Source: Anolis carolinensis
Taxonomy: Eukaryota
DNA: 64,000 bases
NCBI RefSeq assembly: GCF_035594765.1
Contig: NW_026943823.1
Coordinates: 7,378,001 to 7,442,000 of the forward strand
Reading direction: 5' to 3'
In this document: positions 62,308 through 64,000 of the stretch, one piece after another
How the letters are laid out: the number at the start of each line of letters is the position of its first letter
How positions within the stretch are numbered: position 1 is the stretch's first letter
Notes under the pieces: generated by a model
Seen by the model: the letters and a program-made list of their open reading frames with translations, nothing else
Told to the model about the DNA's origin: nothing
Database searches by the model: none
Program-made: the position numbers and the translations under genes

Positions 62308-63764
62308 CTGCAATGCAAGAAGTGAGCGTCTAAATCAGAGACACATTGATGGAACCCGAGACATCCCTACAAAATTCCTCCCAATGGGTCACTCCTACAA
62401 CAGGGTTTCATAACAATTGGTTTACCCCAGGCATGGCAAACTTTGGCCCTCCAGGTGTTTTGGACTTCAACTCCCCCAATTCCCAACACCCCAAGGTTAG
62501 GTTTACACCCCAAGGTTTTCTTTTCTGTTGCTGAAAGCTTTGATGTCCTAACATTTTAGTATTTTAAATAAGTAATTATAAGGATGCAACCACTGTAATG
62601 CACACCTTTTTGGGGTCAAATTACAAAGACTGTACTTTTTGCTGCTGCGCATTACATTTGCTAACATTTGTTTTCACGGTTTTGGGCTCGTCCTGTTGAT
62701 TAACAGCATCTCTGCTGCACTTTATTCCATTCCTTCAGTTGGAAATAGTTCTTATGTTTACCCCATCCCAAGCCCCTTATCATGATAACAGTCCCCGGTT
62801 ATTTACCTGTCCTCCAGTTTACATTCTTCACTATACGCACTTTCTCTGGCCCAGTTCATTTTTATGAGCATATTCAGGGTTTTTTTTTTTACCTTACTAT
62901 GTTTTATTGTAAATGTGATTTTAATATGTTTTATTTATTTGTTTTTACATTGTTGTGTCTTTTACATTATCTGGAAGTACCTGGGCTTGGCCCTGTGTAA
63001 GCTGCACCAAGTCCCTTCGGGTAGATGGAGGCATGGTATAAAAATAAAGTTGTTGTTGTTGTTATTATTGAAAACTGTGGTGTGCACTAGATTCGACTCA
63101 AATAATTACAGGTATGTTATACTCCCTATATTTTATCCTCCATGCAATCCCTTTTTGGCAGCCACAGAGTATGCATTCTCTAAGATCATTGAATGCATTT
63201 CATAATTTTGCAAAGGTCTAAGCACATCTTTCTAACACGGGAGACGCTTTCTTAACCAACGTCCTTCTCGGTAAGTAAACATTGGTTGGCATTCCCTTAA
63301 TCTAACTAAGCTATTATCTAGTCTGGGATCTTTTGTTCATGCCGGACTTTGTACTCTTAGCCAAAAAGCTTCCAAGGCTGCAGGGCCATTTTCTGAAGGT
63401 AGAGACGTGCAAGTCCACACACACAAACAAGTGTGCAAAAAGAGCAACAGATAAGGAGTAGAATGCTCTTCCCAATTTCTACTATGGGATGCACTTTTGA
63501 GTTTTTTCCCCCCTACACATCAAATACATACCAATTGCAAAAATGAATATGGGAGGAAACGGCCCAACTAGCTAGGATACAAAATTATCATCATCATTCT
63601 ACCACATCCTTTCTTCTATCATATATGGCCCAGCCCAAAAGAGGCAAAGATATACTCTATTTCCTTATCAAACCATATTCCTTTGTGTTACAAACACATT
63701 GACCTGAACTGTGGGAACCACGGACAAATCCTGGGGAAACTTTGCTAAGAAAGAAAACAAAGTA

Positions 63765-63965
63765 CAGTAGAGTCTCACTTATCCAACATAAACGGGCTGG
63801 CAGAACGTTGGATAAACTAAAATGTTGGATAATAAGGAGGGATTAAGGAAAAGCCTATTAAACGTCAAATTACATTATGATTTTAAAAATTAAGCACTAA
63901 AACATCACGTTTTACAACAAATCAACAGAAAAAGCAGTTCAATACATGGTACTGTTATATTACTG
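63765..63965 (+). mobile_element. Tc1/mariner MITE, partial
   Basis: 5' TIR and body, interrupted by the Helitron end. Confidence 0.75.
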
Positions 63966-63967
63966 TA

Positions 63968-64000
63968 CTAGCTGTGCCCGGCCACGCGTTGCTGTGGCGA
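63968..64000 (-). mobile_element. Helitron-like 3' end
   Basis: Reverse complement of hairpin plus CTAG, as at 11361-11391. Confidence 0.55.

Noticed and set aside
61615-62325. 236-aa plus-strand ORF
   Set aside because: Antisense shadow of the GC3-rich RAB33A exon with no recognisable domain.

Overview
Vertebrate genomic DNA, very likely a squamate (Anolis-like) lizard, inferred from Sauria SINEs and the CR1/L2/RTE/Vingi/R4/Penelope/hAT/Tc1/Helitron repeat mix. Six protein-coding genes were reconstructed by hand, exon by exon, from splice sites and recalled vertebrate orthologues: PIN4 (first two coding exons, minus, missed by the ORF track), ENOX2 (12 coding exons, minus, 581 aa), GPR119 (single coding exon, plus), SLC25A14/UCP5 (9 exons, minus, 290 aa), RBMX2 (6 exons, minus, 287 aa) and RAB33A (last exon, minus). 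Introns and intergenic DNA hold many nested transposons and several minisatellites. Most notable: minimal hammerhead ribozyme motifs in Penelope-like inverted repeats (one just upstream of the ENOX2 promoter), a U12-type last intron in SLC25A14, candidate ENOX2 5' micro-exons that could switch between a uORF and an N-terminal extension, candidate cassette/poison exons, and a gene order that differs from human Xq26. No database searches were run; repeat family names and orthologue comparisons come from recognition and should be verified. No evidence of a wholly new gene system was found beyond these hypotheses.
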